From Candidatus Poribacteria bacterium (GTDB lineage Bacteria > Poribacteria > WGA-4E > WGA-3G): a stretch of 64,000 nt of DNA. The notes beneath the pieces were generated by a model that was not told where the DNA came from, made no database searches, and saw only the letters and a program-made list of their open reading frames with translations. Where the stretch lies: positions 1,152,001 through 1,216,000 of the forward strand of contig OZ243938.1 of assembly GCA_965214095.1 (NCBI GenBank), in the 5' to 3' direction. Position numbers and translations under genes: made by a program. Below, piece after piece: positions 39,427 to 50,266 of this stretch. The stretch's first letter is position 1. Each line of letters begins with the position of its first letter.

Positions 39427-41673
39427 ATGTACTCAATTGTCAAGAAACATAACACAAACTATCTACAATATCTGCTTGGCTCATTAGTACTTGCAATTAT
39501 TTGCTTAAGTGTTAGTGTTCCGATTTCTGCAGAAGAAGATTATAATCCAATTCGCGATGCTGCTTTTACCTTGGTAGATAGAGGTGACTACAAACGAGCA
39601 GTACCAAAATTAGAAAGTCTTTTACAAACTGATTTAACAAAGTTAGGAAAACTTGAGATATATCATGCACTCGGTTACTACTATGAAAAATTGAAAAACC
39701 GTCCGAAAGCTGTTGGATACTATGTAAGAGTCGTTACAAACGATTATCCACTTGCTGACAGTGCATCCTATCGCTTGGCAAAGTTGTATGTAGGTATGAG
39801 GAACAATACCAAAGCAATAAAATGGTATACTCAACTTATAAAAGACTACCCAGAGAGTATATATATCAATGATGCAAAATGGAACCTAGCTGAACTTCAT
39901 CTGAAATATAGACAATATAAGGAAGCAAAGTCTGTATTAGTAGATATAACCGATAATCCTACTTTTGCTCGTGAGGCAAGTTACGCATTAGGTCGGTGTG
40001 AAGAAGGTTTAGGTAATTATGCTGAAGCATTTAAAATACATCAACAACTCATCAATGAAAAACAGTCAGATTCTATCGCTGATGACGCTGTAGGCAAGTT
40101 GAAGATGCTTGCCCGTTCACGCAGTTCACTAAAACTGACTATACAAGATAGATTTAATTGCGGTTTAGTTGAATATCACCAAAGAAACTATAGAACTGCT
40201 GTAAATGAGTTTACACAACTCGCAAATAGCACTGATTTGAAACAGAAAGGTCGTGCACTTTACCATCTCGGAATGAGCAATCAGGGAAGAAAGTGGTATA
40301 ATACTGCAGTCAAAAACTATAACGCCGTCGTCGCACTCGGGTCCAAATCAGACCATTTAACGCGGGCACATTACCAAATCGCTCAAGTGTATAGGATTAA
40401 AGGAAGTCTAACAACTGCTGTAGAACGACTTGAAAGTTTTGTAAAGACATATCCATGGAGTGAATTGGTAGATAACGCTCTTTACGATATCGCGTCAATT
40501 CATCAACAAAGAGAAAAATCAGAGTTGATGCTAAAAGCGTTTTCAAGGCTAATTGAAGTTGAACCCAGTAGTGAATATGCCGATTGGGCAGCATGGCGTA
40601 TTGGGTGGCAAAGATTTGACGAAAAAAAATACGAAGAAAGTTACAAGGCGTTTGAAGGACTAAAGAGAAACTTCCCTGGCAATCGATACGCAATGGGCGC
40701 ACATTTTTGGATGGCGAAAATACGGGAACGACAGAATAAACCTGAACTCGCAAAACAGATATATCAAGAAGTCGCCAAAGCACGATATTGGTACTACAGT
40801 GCAAGGGCAAAGGCTATCTTGAATATCACAAAATCTGAATTAGAAACGAAAGCCATACCCGATGCAGAATTGCCTGAAGAAAAAAGATGTCCGGAACAAC
40901 TTGACACGTTGGTGAAACTCAGACTTTACGAAGATACCGTGTATTTATTATCACGTTTTATTCAGCAAACACCAGATGCGGCACAAGAATGCTACTATGC
41001 ATTGATCAAGTCTTATGAGAAAATGTCTTTGTATGATAAGGCACGTGAAATTGCAGATATGGCACTGCTCAGTCCATCGTTCAAATTTCAAGCAAGTGAT
41101 GAACTATCAAGATTCCGTAAGAAACTCTATCCTTTACATTATGAAACATCGGTTGAGAAGTATGCAAAAGCCTATAATGTTGACAAGGCTCTAATCTATG
41201 CTATGATCTTAGAAGAAAGCAGATATCGGGCGGATGCAATCAGTTGGGCAGGTGCAATTGGGTTGATGCAGATTATGCCGGCAACCGGCAGAGAGATCGC
41301 ACAGAAACTTAAAATTAGCCGATTCCGCTCATCTATGCTGAAAATACCTGATATAAACATTCGTTTGGGAACTAAATATATCGGTGAACTCAACGATATG
41401 TTTGATGGAAATGCAATGTTGGTTTCTGGGGCTTACAACGGTGGCCCCGGTAGAATGAAGCGATGGCTGCAAACAAAGAATATCAAAGACCTTGATGAAT
41501 TCGTTGAGAAGATTACCATTAGAGAAACTCGTCTTCACATCAAAAAAGTCATCAATAGTTATGACAATTACGTTGAGATCTACGGTCAACCCGATGTTCC
41601 AGCTGTCAATTCTGCTTTTGACTTAAACAGTAAGAAAAAGGACACTCCTATTCTTGGGCAACTCAACCAATAG
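39427..41673 (+). CDS. TPR-containing soluble lytic murein transglycosylase (Slt70-like)
   Basis: Signal peptide, TPRs, SLT motifs ILEESRY, AIGLMQI, AYNGG, ETRLHIKKV. Confidence 0.92.
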   Translation: MYSIVKKHNTNYLQYLLGSLVLAIICLSVSVPISAEEDYNPIRDAAFTLVDRGDYKRAVPKLESLLQTDLTKLGKLEIYHALGYYYEKLKNRPKAVGYYVRVVTNDYPLADSASYRLAKLYVGMRNNTKAIKWYTQLIKDYPESIYINDAKWNLAELHLKYRQYKEAKSVLVDITDNPTFAREASYALGRCEEGLGNYAEAFKIHQQLINEKQSDSIADDAVGKLKMLARSRSSLKLTIQDRFNCGLVEYHQRNYRTAVNEFTQLANSTDLKQKGRALYHLGMSNQGRKWYNTAVKNYNAVVALGSKSDHLTRAHYQIAQVYRIKGSLTTAVERLESFVKTYPWSELVDNALYDIASIHQQREKSELMLKAFSRLIEVEPSSEYADWAAWRIGWQRFDEKKYEESYKAFEGLKRNFPGNRYAMGAHFWMAKIRERQNKPELAKQIYQEVAKARYWYYSARAKAILNITKSELETKAIPDAELPEEKRCPEQLDTLVKLRLYEDTVYLLSRFIQQTPDAAQECYYALIKSYEKMSLYDKAREIADMALLSPSFKFQASDELSRFRKKLYPLHYETSVEKYAKAYNVDKALIYAMILEESRYRADAISWAGAIGLMQIMPATGREIAQKLKISRFRSSMLKIPDINIRLGTKYIGELNDMFDGNAMLVSGAYNGGPGRMKRWLQTKNIKDLDEFVEKITIRETRLHIKKVINSYDNYVEIYGQPDVPAVNSAFDLNSKKKDTPILGQLNQ

Positions 41674-41698
41674 AATAGATTAGCATTTACAGCTCAAC

Positions 41699-41818
41699 AA
41701 TTATTTACACACTACGGTAGGTTCGGTTTCCTAACCGAACCGGTGTTTGTTCAGTCTCATAGATGCGGTTAGGAAACCGCATCTACCGAGGAGTGGCACA
41801 TGTTTTTACATTCACTAC
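41699..41818. repeat. Family B element (empty-site allele of the IS target)
   Basis: GGTAG-GTTCGGTTTCCTAACCGAAC-CGGTG..GATGCGGTTAGGAAACCGCATCTAC..TTCACTA. Confidence 0.8.
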
Positions 41819-43455
41819 AAGATGATACGACGAATCCACTCGTTGTCATCTTGATCGGGGAAATCCGAGCGAAAATGTGCACCACGGCTTTCGGTGCGTA
41901 ACAACGCGGATTGTGCTATTAACCACGCGACATTGAGCATATTGAATGTTTCACACAAACCCACATCTGTAGTGTGAAGTGACGTTGATGAGGATGGAAG
42001 AACCCCTATCTCTACCCCAATCTCATCTAAATCAGAGAGTGTAAGTTCTAATCCCTCACCATCACGTTCAATCGCAACGTTTTCCCAAAGTGTTTCTCTG
42101 ATCGCATCTTTAATAGCGACTATTGTTTCACCGTCTATATCATCTATCAAATCAGTAGATTGGTAGTTTGGTATCGGTAAGGTTGGTGGGGTAATAGATG
42201 TCTGTGCTTTTGCATGTACTGCAGCGTTGATTCCAGCGCGCACGCCAAAGACCAAACACTCCAAAAGAGAATTACTTGCCAAACGATTCGCTCCATGCAC
42301 ACCAGTACAGGCAACTTCACCACACGCAAATAGACCATGAATGTTTGTTTCCGTATCGGCATTAGTACGGACACCACCCATCATAAAGTGTGCTCCCGGT
42401 CTGACAGGGATTAAGTCTATACTAATATCCAAGCCATAACGTTCTGTCGTGGAAGAGATAGTTGGAAATCTCTCAAGAATAAAATCTGCAGGTTTATGTG
42501 TTATATCAAGATATACACATGGAAAATCGGTCAGGAACATCTCATTCTGGATGGCGCGACTGACAACATCACGCGGTGCAAGTTCACCTTTCTCATGGTA
42601 TTTATCCATGAAACGTTCGCCACGGATGTTGATAAGTCGACCACCTTCACCACGCACTGCTTCAGATATGAGAAAATTGGGAGCACCGTCAAGGAAGAGT
42701 GTTGTTGGATGAAACTGGACAAACTCCATATCAATCATCTCACACCCAGCACGCCACGCTGCTGCGAAACCATCACCTGTTGCTACTTCTGGATTTGAGG
42801 TGCACGGATAGAGTCTTCCAAGTCCACCTGTTGCAAGTATCGTTGCTTTGGCATAAAGGTTTGTCAGTTCACCCTCTACGATAGCGGAAACACCATAGCA
42901 GATTACTTTGTCGTTTTCAGAGATTGATGATGTATCAGTAAGAAGATCAACCGCAAAAGCGTCTGATATGACGCGTATTCGGTCTGTGCTTAGCACACGT
43001 TGGACGAGAACATCGGTTGTTTCCCTACCTGTAGCATCACCTTTGTGTACAATTCTTTTACGACTATGCGCTGCTTCCTGCGTAAAACGCGGAAGAGTCC
43101 CTTCCCAATCAAAATTAGCACCCCAATCCAACAATTCCTTTACACGTGGTATTCCTTCAGAAACCATCGTTTCCACAACATCAGCATCGCAAAGACCGCA
43201 CCCCGCACTGCACGTGTCTTCAACATGCAGGTCAACAGTGTCATCAATATTCATTGCGACTGCAATTCCGCCTTGTGCATAAAGAGTATTGCTTTCTTTG
43301 AGGGTAGTTTTCGTGATGAGTGTAACATCAGCACTTTCACTTGCAGCAAGTGCAGCACGTAATCCCGCAGCACCGCTTCCAATGATGAGCACATCAGTAC
43401 ACCACTCAGATGATACTGCTGTATTCAGGACAGGAATATCTGATTCGTTATCCAT
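41815..43455 (-). CDS. nadB: L-aspartate oxidase
   Basis: GSGAAG, AQGGIA, EAAHSRKRIVH, QFHPT, HFMMGG, GVHGANRLASNSLLE, ESRGAH. Confidence 0.95.
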   Translation of the reverse strand: MDNESDIPVLNTAVSSEWCTDVLIIGSGAAGLRAALAASESADVTLITKTTLKESNTLYAQGGIAVAMNIDDTVDLHVEDTCSAGCGLCDADVVETMVSEGIPRVKELLDWGANFDWEGTLPRFTQEAAHSRKRIVHKGDATGRETTDVLVQRVLSTDRIRVISDAFAVDLLTDTSSISENDKVICYGVSAIVEGELTNLYAKATILATGGLGRLYPCTSNPEVATGDGFAAAWRAGCEMIDMEFVQFHPTTLFLDGAPNFLISEAVRGEGGRLINIRGERFMDKYHEKGELAPRDVVSRAIQNEMFLTDFPCVYLDITHKPADFILERFPTISSTTERYGLDISIDLIPVRPGAHFMMGGVRTNADTETNIHGLFACGEVACTGVHGANRLASNSLLECLVFGVRAGINAAVHAKAQTSITPPTLPIPNYQSTDLIDDIDGETIVAIKDAIRETLWENVAIERDGEGLELTLSDLDEIGVEIGVLPSSSTSLHTTDVGLCETFNMLNVAWLIAQSALLRTESRGAHFRSDFPDQDDNEWIRRIIL

Positions 43456-43488
43456 TTGCAAGCCTTTCGGTGATCACGACTATAGCGA

Positions 43489-43911
43489 TTATAGTGTAGG
43501 TGCAAAACTATCGTCAACAGGCATTACTTTGCCAATTCCCGTAGCAATAACCGTGTCATCACTCAGTTTTATCTCTGCCTTCGCTTCTATTAGTCGTCGT
43601 GATACTTTAATTCTTTCTGCGGATACATAGAGTTTCACACCTATTGGTGCGGGTTTCCGAAAACGCACCTCAAGTTGGGCAGTAACTGCTGGACCATTGT
43701 ATGTTCCTATGCCGATGTGTGTAATCGCCTCATCTAAGAGAGTACTTATTATACCACCGTGTAGAATGTTTGCCCACCCCTGCAAATGTTCGGGTGGTGT
43801 GCATTCTATGTGAACTGCAGCACCCGAATCTATGACTTGAGGATTAACTTGCAAGCCATACGGATTTTTCATTCCGCATACAAAACATCGGTTGTTATTT
43901 TCAATAGCCAT
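43489..43911 (-). CDS. PaaI family thioesterase
   Basis: CFVCGMKNPYGL, HGGIISTLLDE, hotdog-fold pattern. Confidence 0.88.
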   Translation of the reverse strand: MAIENNNRCFVCGMKNPYGLQVNPQVIDSGAAVHIECTPPEHLQGWANILHGGIISTLLDEAITHIGIGTYNGPAVTAQLEVRFRKPAPIGVKLYVSAERIKVSRRLIEAKAEIKLSDDTVIATGIGKVMPVDDSFAPTL

Positions 43912-43977
43912 AATATCTATAAATTGAATTGATACACTTAGTGTTCTGTCTACCTTTATTGTAAGGGTAATATGATC

Positions 43978-44000
43978 GTAGGGGCGAGGTCACCTCGCCC
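43978..44000 (+). repeat. GTAG-type REP hairpin
   Basis: GTAG-GGGCGAGGT-C-ACCTCGCCC perfect hairpin; similar to the REP at 27329. Confidence 0.6.
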
Positions 44001-44048
44001 TCTTCCAAATCTAATACCCGTAATTTTAGAATGGACACTCCACTTAGT

Positions 44049-46706
44049 TCATGGAGAAGTAAGTAATGACAAACTTCGTTCTAATTTTTCTTGTTCAATC
44101 AACAACCTATCCAAGAGATCACGTTTTTGGACAACGACATTTTCAGGAGCACGTTCAATAAAGTTCGGGTTTTCTAAGGTCTTCTGTGCTGCCGTAACAT
44201 CTTTTGTTGTCTGTTGATGTCGTTTTGTCAAACGTGTTTTTTCTGCCTCCAGATCAATCACTCCTTCCAAAGGTATATAGATTGCCATTTCTCCTATGAC
44301 TGCCTCTGCAGATGCAGGAGGTTTCGGTAAAGATTCCGCAATTGTAATGGATTCCACACGAGTAAATGCAGGTAAGTAGTGTTCAAGATAGGTTTCAAGC
44401 CGTTCACGAATTTCAGCATTTGGTGATTGTATGTGAACTTCCACAGCAGCACCTATCGGCACATTCAGTTCACCACGAATGCTTCTGATATTATCTATAA
44501 CCTTCATAAGCGCATCCATCGTGGCTTCTACTGATGGGTTTTGAGCTGAAGGTTGAGGCCAAGGTGCAACGGTAACAGATCCATTTTCATCAGGAAAATC
44601 TCCCCGACTGCTAAGAGGGAGTTGCTGCCATATTTCTTCTGTGAGAAATGGCATCAATGGGTGGAGTAGACGTATAATCTGTTCTAAGACATCAGCAGCA
44701 ACCCATAATGCCTGAGGCTCATCGTTTGATAGTCGCTGTTTAGCAAATTCCAAATACCAATCACAGAATTCATGCCACAGAAATGCATAAAGTGTTTGTG
44801 CAACTTCATGAAAACGGAAATTCTCCAATGCCTCTGTCGTTGTTCTGATTGTATAATTTAGTCTGCTTTGTATCCATAAGACTTCTAACGGAAGTTGATC
44901 ATCGTCATCAACACCATCTGCAGGCATCGGATGTTTTTCCAAATTCATCAGCAGGAACCTTGCTGCGTTCCATATTTTATTCGCGAACCTTCTTCCTGAT
45001 TCAATCTGGGATTCTGGTAATGCAACATAAGGGATAGGTGTGCTAGCATTTGTAAGAGCAAACCGAAAAGCATCCGTACCATATTTCTCTATAGTCTCTA
45101 TAGGATCAATGCTGTTTCCCTTAGATTTACTCATCTTCTGTCCCTTCTCATCAGCAACAAGTCCGTGAAGGTAGACAGTCCTGAATGGCACTTCATCCAT
45201 ACATCCGAGTCCTAACATGATCATCCGTGCAACCCAAAAGAACAGAATATCCCATCCGCTAACAAGTACTGATGTGGGATAAAAGGTCTTCAACTCTTCG
45301 GTTTCTTCTGGCCACCCCATAGTTGAGAAGGGCCATAATCCTGAACTGAACCAAGTGTCTAACACATCTTCGTCCTGATGAAAATCCGTTGAACCACATT
45401 TGCACTTTTCAGGTGTATCCATTACAGCAGTAACTTCTTCACATGAATTGCAATACCAAATCGGCAGTCTATGTCCCCACCATCTTTGTCGTGAAATCGG
45501 CCACGGTTCGATATTTTCCATCCAGTGATAAAACCGTGAAGTTTCACGTTCAGGAATAAATGTGATGTCACCTTTTTTAGTCGCTTCTATCGCACGATCA
45601 GCAAGTGGACGTACATTCATAAACCATTGTAATGATATGGCAGGTTCAATAATAGTGTTGCACCGATCATGGTGTCCAACTGCATGCCGATGTGGAACTA
45701 TTTTGACGAGATAATCCTCTTTCTTCAAATCCTCAATGACCTGTTTCCGACAATCCCAGCGAGATAAACCGGTGTATCTCTCCCCTGCATCTTCATTCAT
45801 GTGTCCATCAGTGGTGAAGATGTTCAGTTGTTCAAGATCGTGTCTCAGTCCGATTTCATAGTCATTAACATCGTGGGCAGGAGTAACTTTCAACGCACCA
45901 GTACCAAATTCAGTATCAACATATTCATCCGCTATAATTGGAATCTCTCTATCGCAGAGAGGCAGGAGAACCTTTTTACCGATCAAATGTTTGTATCGTT
46001 CATCATCAGGGTGGACTGCGACTGCGGTATCACCTAACATCGTTTCAGGACGAGTCGTCGCAATTTCAAGAACAATTTCTGTGTCTATTACAGGATAGTG
46101 AATGTGGTAAAAGTTGCCGTCAATCTCAACCGGTTCTACCTCAAGATTACTTACTGCAGTATGACATTGTGGACACCAATTCACCATATATGTGTCCCGA
46201 TAGATGAGTCCTTGGTTGAAGAGTTTTACAAATGCAGTGCGAACTGCTTTAGATAAACCTTCATCAAGCGTAAACCTTTCACGTTCCCAATCACAGGAAC
46301 AACCGAGTTGCTGTAGTTGTGATACGATATAACCAGCAGATTCCTCTTTCCATTGCCACATCCGTTCAATAAATTTCTCACGTCCGATTTCGTTTCGACT
46401 CGAACCTTCCTCTGCCAACTTTCGCTCCATGATGAGTTCAGTGACAATCCCCGCATGATCGGTTCCTGGCATCCATAATGTGTTTAGTCCTTGCATACGT
46501 TGCCAACGGATAAGACAATCTTGAAGTGTGTTATCAAGCGCATGTCCAATATGCAAACTACCAGTAATGTTAGGCGGAGGAATGACAATGGCGTAGGAAG
46601 GTTTGTCGGAGGTAGCTTCGGCGTGAAAAAAGTTATTACTTTGCCAATATTTGTACCACTTACCCTCAATGGAATGAGGGTCGTAAATCTTTGGGAGACT
46701 CGTCAT
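44049..46706 (-). CDS. valS: Valine--tRNA ligase
   Basis: PPPNITGSLHIGH, ATTRPET, KMSKS, C-terminal coiled-coil arm. Confidence 0.97.
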   Translation of the reverse strand: MTSLPKIYDPHSIEGKWYKYWQSNNFFHAEATSDKPSYAIVIPPPNITGSLHIGHALDNTLQDCLIRWQRMQGLNTLWMPGTDHAGIVTELIMERKLAEEGSSRNEIGREKFIERMWQWKEESAGYIVSQLQQLGCSCDWERERFTLDEGLSKAVRTAFVKLFNQGLIYRDTYMVNWCPQCHTAVSNLEVEPVEIDGNFYHIHYPVIDTEIVLEIATTRPETMLGDTAVAVHPDDERYKHLIGKKVLLPLCDREIPIIADEYVDTEFGTGALKVTPAHDVNDYEIGLRHDLEQLNIFTTDGHMNEDAGERYTGLSRWDCRKQVIEDLKKEDYLVKIVPHRHAVGHHDRCNTIIEPAISLQWFMNVRPLADRAIEATKKGDITFIPERETSRFYHWMENIEPWPISRQRWWGHRLPIWYCNSCEEVTAVMDTPEKCKCGSTDFHQDEDVLDTWFSSGLWPFSTMGWPEETEELKTFYPTSVLVSGWDILFFWVARMIMLGLGCMDEVPFRTVYLHGLVADEKGQKMSKSKGNSIDPIETIEKYGTDAFRFALTNASTPIPYVALPESQIESGRRFANKIWNAARFLLMNLEKHPMPADGVDDDDQLPLEVLWIQSRLNYTIRTTTEALENFRFHEVAQTLYAFLWHEFCDWYLEFAKQRLSNDEPQALWVAADVLEQIIRLLHPLMPFLTEEIWQQLPLSSRGDFPDENGSVTVAPWPQPSAQNPSVEATMDALMKVIDNIRSIRGELNVPIGAAVEVHIQSPNAEIRERLETYLEHYLPAFTRVESITIAESLPKPPASAEAVIGEMAIYIPLEGVIDLEAEKTRLTKRHQQTTKDVTAAQKTLENPNFIERAPENVVVQKRDLLDRLLIEQEKLERSLSLLTSP

Positions 46707-46827
46707 TTTATTACCTGTAGAGATTTCTTCTAAACCAAGTTAACCAGATTGTGCTGTTATAGCACACCCACCGAGCACGCTAAACAACAATTATTTCTAT
46801 CTATTTCAATAACGAAATACAATGTGT

Positions 46828-47385
46828 CTACGTAAAGGACGGTTCTACCCAACCATACGCCCCATTATCTGATTGATAGAGTAAGTTGACCTGACGCGTT
46901 TCAGAATTTAAGAACATCAATAACGTATCACCAGAGGTGTGAAGTTCAGTGGCAGCTTCATTCACAGTCAGTGGTTTTGCTGCAAACTTCTCACCAGCAG
47001 GGACAATTATAGGTGAATCAGGAACACCTAAATCTGCAGGAATGTCAGATACATCTTGATTCAACTGTTCAACTACCTCGCGATGGGGTACATTATGACG
47101 CTTATCCTTTACTCTTTCCTTGTATTTACGGATCTGTTTGACGACTTTGTCTGAAGCACCGTCTAATGCAGACATCAAATCATGTGTTTCGTTATTAGCA
47201 AAAAATGAGACTCTTGGTGCAGTCACTTTAACCTCAGCTTCAAAACGATGCTTTTCCGCTTTAAGAATTACATTAAATTCATGTATCTCACTAAAACGAG
47301 ATTCAACTTTCTCTGCACGTTTGATAATATAATCATGCAAGTCGTCAGTAATTTTGAGATTATGTCCGGAATAAGTGATTTTCAT
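46828..47385 (-). CDS. hpf: Ribosome hibernation promoting factor (long HPF)
   Basis: S30AE N-domain, QIRKYKER, C-terminal KPLTVNEA..FLN; follows rpoN. Confidence 0.88.
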   Translation of the reverse strand: MKITYSGHNLKITDDLHDYIIKRAEKVESRFSEIHEFNVILKAEKHRFEAEVKVTAPRVSFFANNETHDLMSALDGASDKVVKQIRKYKERVKDKRHNVPHREVVEQLNQDVSDIPADLGVPDSPIIVPAGEKFAAKPLTVNEAATELHTSGDTLLMFLNSETRQVNLLYQSDNGAYGWVEPSFT

Positions 47386-47467
47386 AGTAACATCCCCCAT
47401 GATTTATCCTATTAAAATTGTTTTTGAATGTAGAAAATTGCTGAAATCACATAAATCTGTTTGATAA

Positions 47468-49240
47468 TTACTTTTCAATGCTTTTTCTTTGACGGGAAGA
47501 AAGTATACCAAGTTCCTCACGATATTTTTGTACAGTCCGTCTTGCAACCACCATGCCTTGTTTCTTCAACATATTACTTATTGTTTGATCGCTTAATGGT
47601 TTGCCAGTGTCCTCATTACTTATCAAACCCTTTATTGCACCTTTGACATGTTCAGGCGATACGGAACTTCCCTGTGTCGTAGCCAACTGATTTCTAAAAA
47701 AGAACTTCAACGGATAGGTGCCGATTGGCGTTTCAACATATTTATTACTCGTGACACGACTGACAGTTGATTCATGAACACCTGCCATTTCAGCTACAGT
47801 TTTTAATGTCAAAGGTTTTAGGCTCTGTGGCCCCTGAGTCAAGAAATCGGATTGCACCTCAAAAATCGCTGCAGTGACGCGTTCAATTGTGCGTCCTCGT
47901 TGTGATATACTACTCAGAATATCTATTGCGTCATTATATTTTTTTTCTATCCATTTTTTTGCTTCTACGTCTAATGTGTTTTTTTCGTCCCGCATTAAAC
48001 TTACATAATATGGATTCATACGTAGCCGTGGAATGTAATTATCATTCGGTAAAATATAGTACTCTCCCTCTGTTTCCACCAATCTCACATCTGGTGTGAT
48101 GCCTTGCACTGTCTCAGGCGACTTAACCATGTCTTTTACAGATGGATCTGTAAAGTACCTGCCAGGATACGGAGACAGAGTGCCAATCCAATCAGATGCC
48201 GCCATTATGTCTGTTTGATCTACTTTCAGTTCGTCCGATATTGTTGAGATACGATTCTCTATTAGATCTTGTAAGTGATTTTCTACAATCAATTGAGCTA
48301 ACTGAAAGGGAACATTCGTCTCAAAAGGCATAGATCCGTTATGTTTGTGATGCTGCATTTCATAGTGTCGAATCTGAATACTCAACGTTTCTTCAAGGTC
48401 ACGATACGCGATACCGATCGGTTCAAATGTATCTTGAATTGTCCGTAAAATAGACTCAACTTTTGCTACTGGACATCCTACTTCTGTTGCAATATCTTCC
48501 AAAGTAAGTTCATAAAGGTTGAGTTCTTCTCCTTCATAGATAACAGTATATGTCTTTTTACCAAAGGTATCAATTAGATGCCACTTTTTTGACCTGTTTT
48601 CAAGAGTTGTATCAATCAATCTAATTTCATATTGCTTGTTTTCATTGTCCGCTTTTGATATATTATCACTCAGTTTTTTTGATAGTGTACTTTGTAATTC
48701 ATCGGATAAGTAACCATTGTCAAAATTTTCAAGGTGTTCTATAGGAAGAGAAAACAACTTGAGTTGGAGCTGACCATCATCGTTTAGGTTGCCTATGATT
48801 AACTCTCCAATGTTACGTTCTTCCTCCGTAAAAGGTGCTAATTGAAGTTGTTGCAGAAGATAATTATGTAGAGAGACCACTTCAGCAATGTCTGGTTCAG
48901 GAGTACTACTACTCTCATGTTGGACATTTCCATTTGAAACGGGAATCCGCATATCGTCAAAAACGGAATGCCAGTCTATATCAACGGAGGTATCCTCCTT
49001 ATCATTGTTTTCTTCAGGTTTATTCCATTCAAGTGAAGAATCGTATTCCTCCATAGTCAATGCTGTATCGGGTTCTTCCTCAATTTCCAACAACGGGTTT
49101 TGTATCAACTCTTGGTCTATATATTGTTTCAATTCAAGTTGCGGCATCAGCAACACCTTAATTGCTTGCTGCAATTTAGGTGTCATAACTATTTTTTGTT
49201 GTTGAGTCTGACTTGGTGCAAGCTTCTGTTGCATTTTCAT
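47468..49240 (-). CDS. rpoN: RNA polymerase sigma-54 factor
   Basis: Q-rich region I, NPLLE, HESTVSR, RpoN box ARRTVQKYRE. Confidence 0.95.
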   Translation of the reverse strand: MKMQQKLAPSQTQQQKIVMTPKLQQAIKVLLMPQLELKQYIDQELIQNPLLEIEEEPDTALTMEEYDSSLEWNKPEENNDKEDTSVDIDWHSVFDDMRIPVSNGNVQHESSSTPEPDIAEVVSLHNYLLQQLQLAPFTEEERNIGELIIGNLNDDGQLQLKLFSLPIEHLENFDNGYLSDELQSTLSKKLSDNISKADNENKQYEIRLIDTTLENRSKKWHLIDTFGKKTYTVIYEGEELNLYELTLEDIATEVGCPVAKVESILRTIQDTFEPIGIAYRDLEETLSIQIRHYEMQHHKHNGSMPFETNVPFQLAQLIVENHLQDLIENRISTISDELKVDQTDIMAASDWIGTLSPYPGRYFTDPSVKDMVKSPETVQGITPDVRLVETEGEYYILPNDNYIPRLRMNPYYVSLMRDEKNTLDVEAKKWIEKKYNDAIDILSSISQRGRTIERVTAAIFEVQSDFLTQGPQSLKPLTLKTVAEMAGVHESTVSRVTSNKYVETPIGTYPLKFFFRNQLATTQGSSVSPEHVKGAIKGLISNEDTGKPLSDQTISNMLKKQGMVVARRTVQKYREELGILSSRQRKSIEK

Positions 49241-49272
49241 CACACGGCACTCCAAAATTCCATATCAGACAT

Positions 49273-49375
49273 TATAGTGAATTATTAATATAAGTTGACA
49301 CTTTCTTCCCATGGTAGGCGATGTTTCCTAACCTCGCCGATGCAGAGTGTTCAAGTAATTTCAAAATCTACTATA
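49273..49375. repeat. Family B-like TATAG...CTATA shell with a single REP
   Basis: TATAGTGAA..GTAGGCGATGTTTCCTAACCTCGCC..CTACTATA. Confidence 0.55.
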
Positions 49376-49438
49376 AGTGAATTTTCGTGATTGTGTTTGA
49401 AAATAGTTTAAATGTAAGAAAATCATAATATACATTGA

Positions 49439-50191
49439 CTACGGGTTATTGTCTTGTAGCGTATATTGAAAGTTTTTGCCAAAATAGAGTTCTCTCGCAA
49501 CTTCACTACTTAGAAGTTCATCTGGTGTTCCAGAAAGTGTTATTTTACCGTCGGCTATCAGATATGCACGATCAACAATATTAAGCGTTTCAACTGCATT
49601 GTGATCGGTAATTAGAATTCCAAGGTTGCGGTTACGTAAATGTAATATCAGTTGTTTTATATCCGCAACAGCAATTGGGTCAATCCCAGAAAGTGGTTCA
49701 TCAAGAAGGATAAAGTCAGGTTGTGCTGCCAATGCTCGCGCAATTTCTGCACGACGGCATTCTCCTCCTGAAAGTGTATATGCTTTCCGGTCCAAAAGAT
49801 TCGTTATTCCAAGTTCATCCGTAAATTCTATTATACGTTCTTCACGTTCTGTCTTTGGCATGCCACGCGCCTCTAAAATCGATTCAATATTCTGTTTTAC
49901 CGTTAACTTTCGGAAGATTGATGTCTCTTGAGAAAGATAACCTATGCCGAGGCGGGCACGTTTATACATCGGTAGAAATGTAATATCTCTATCTCCGTAG
50001 GTGATACGACCTGCATTGGGTCGGATTAGACCGACCACCATATAGAATGTAGTTGATTTCCCAGCACCGTTTGGTCCCAATAATCCTACAATTTCACCTT
50101 GTTGAACCGATAGACTAACTTCATTTACGACAATTGGACCCCGACGTGTATACCTTTTTACGAGATTATGTGTTTGTAATTCTATTGACAC
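49439..50191 (-). CDS. lptB: LPS export ABC transporter ATP-binding protein
   Basis: GPNGAGKST, LSGGE, LLDEP..GIDP, ITDHN; synteny with rpoN. Confidence 0.95.
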   Translation of the reverse strand: MSIELQTHNLVKRYTRRGPIVVNEVSLSVQQGEIVGLLGPNGAGKSTTFYMVVGLIRPNAGRITYGDRDITFLPMYKRARLGIGYLSQETSIFRKLTVKQNIESILEARGMPKTEREERIIEFTDELGITNLLDRKAYTLSGGECRRAEIARALAAQPDFILLDEPLSGIDPIAVADIKQLILHLRNRNLGILITDHNAVETLNIVDRAYLIADGKITLSGTPDELLSSEVARELYFGKNFQYTLQDNNP

Positions 50192-50266
50192 GTACTTACT
50201 ACCTATTTTCTCCTATTACTGAATTATTAATCATTCACTTCAAAAACAATATGATTTGTTATGTAA

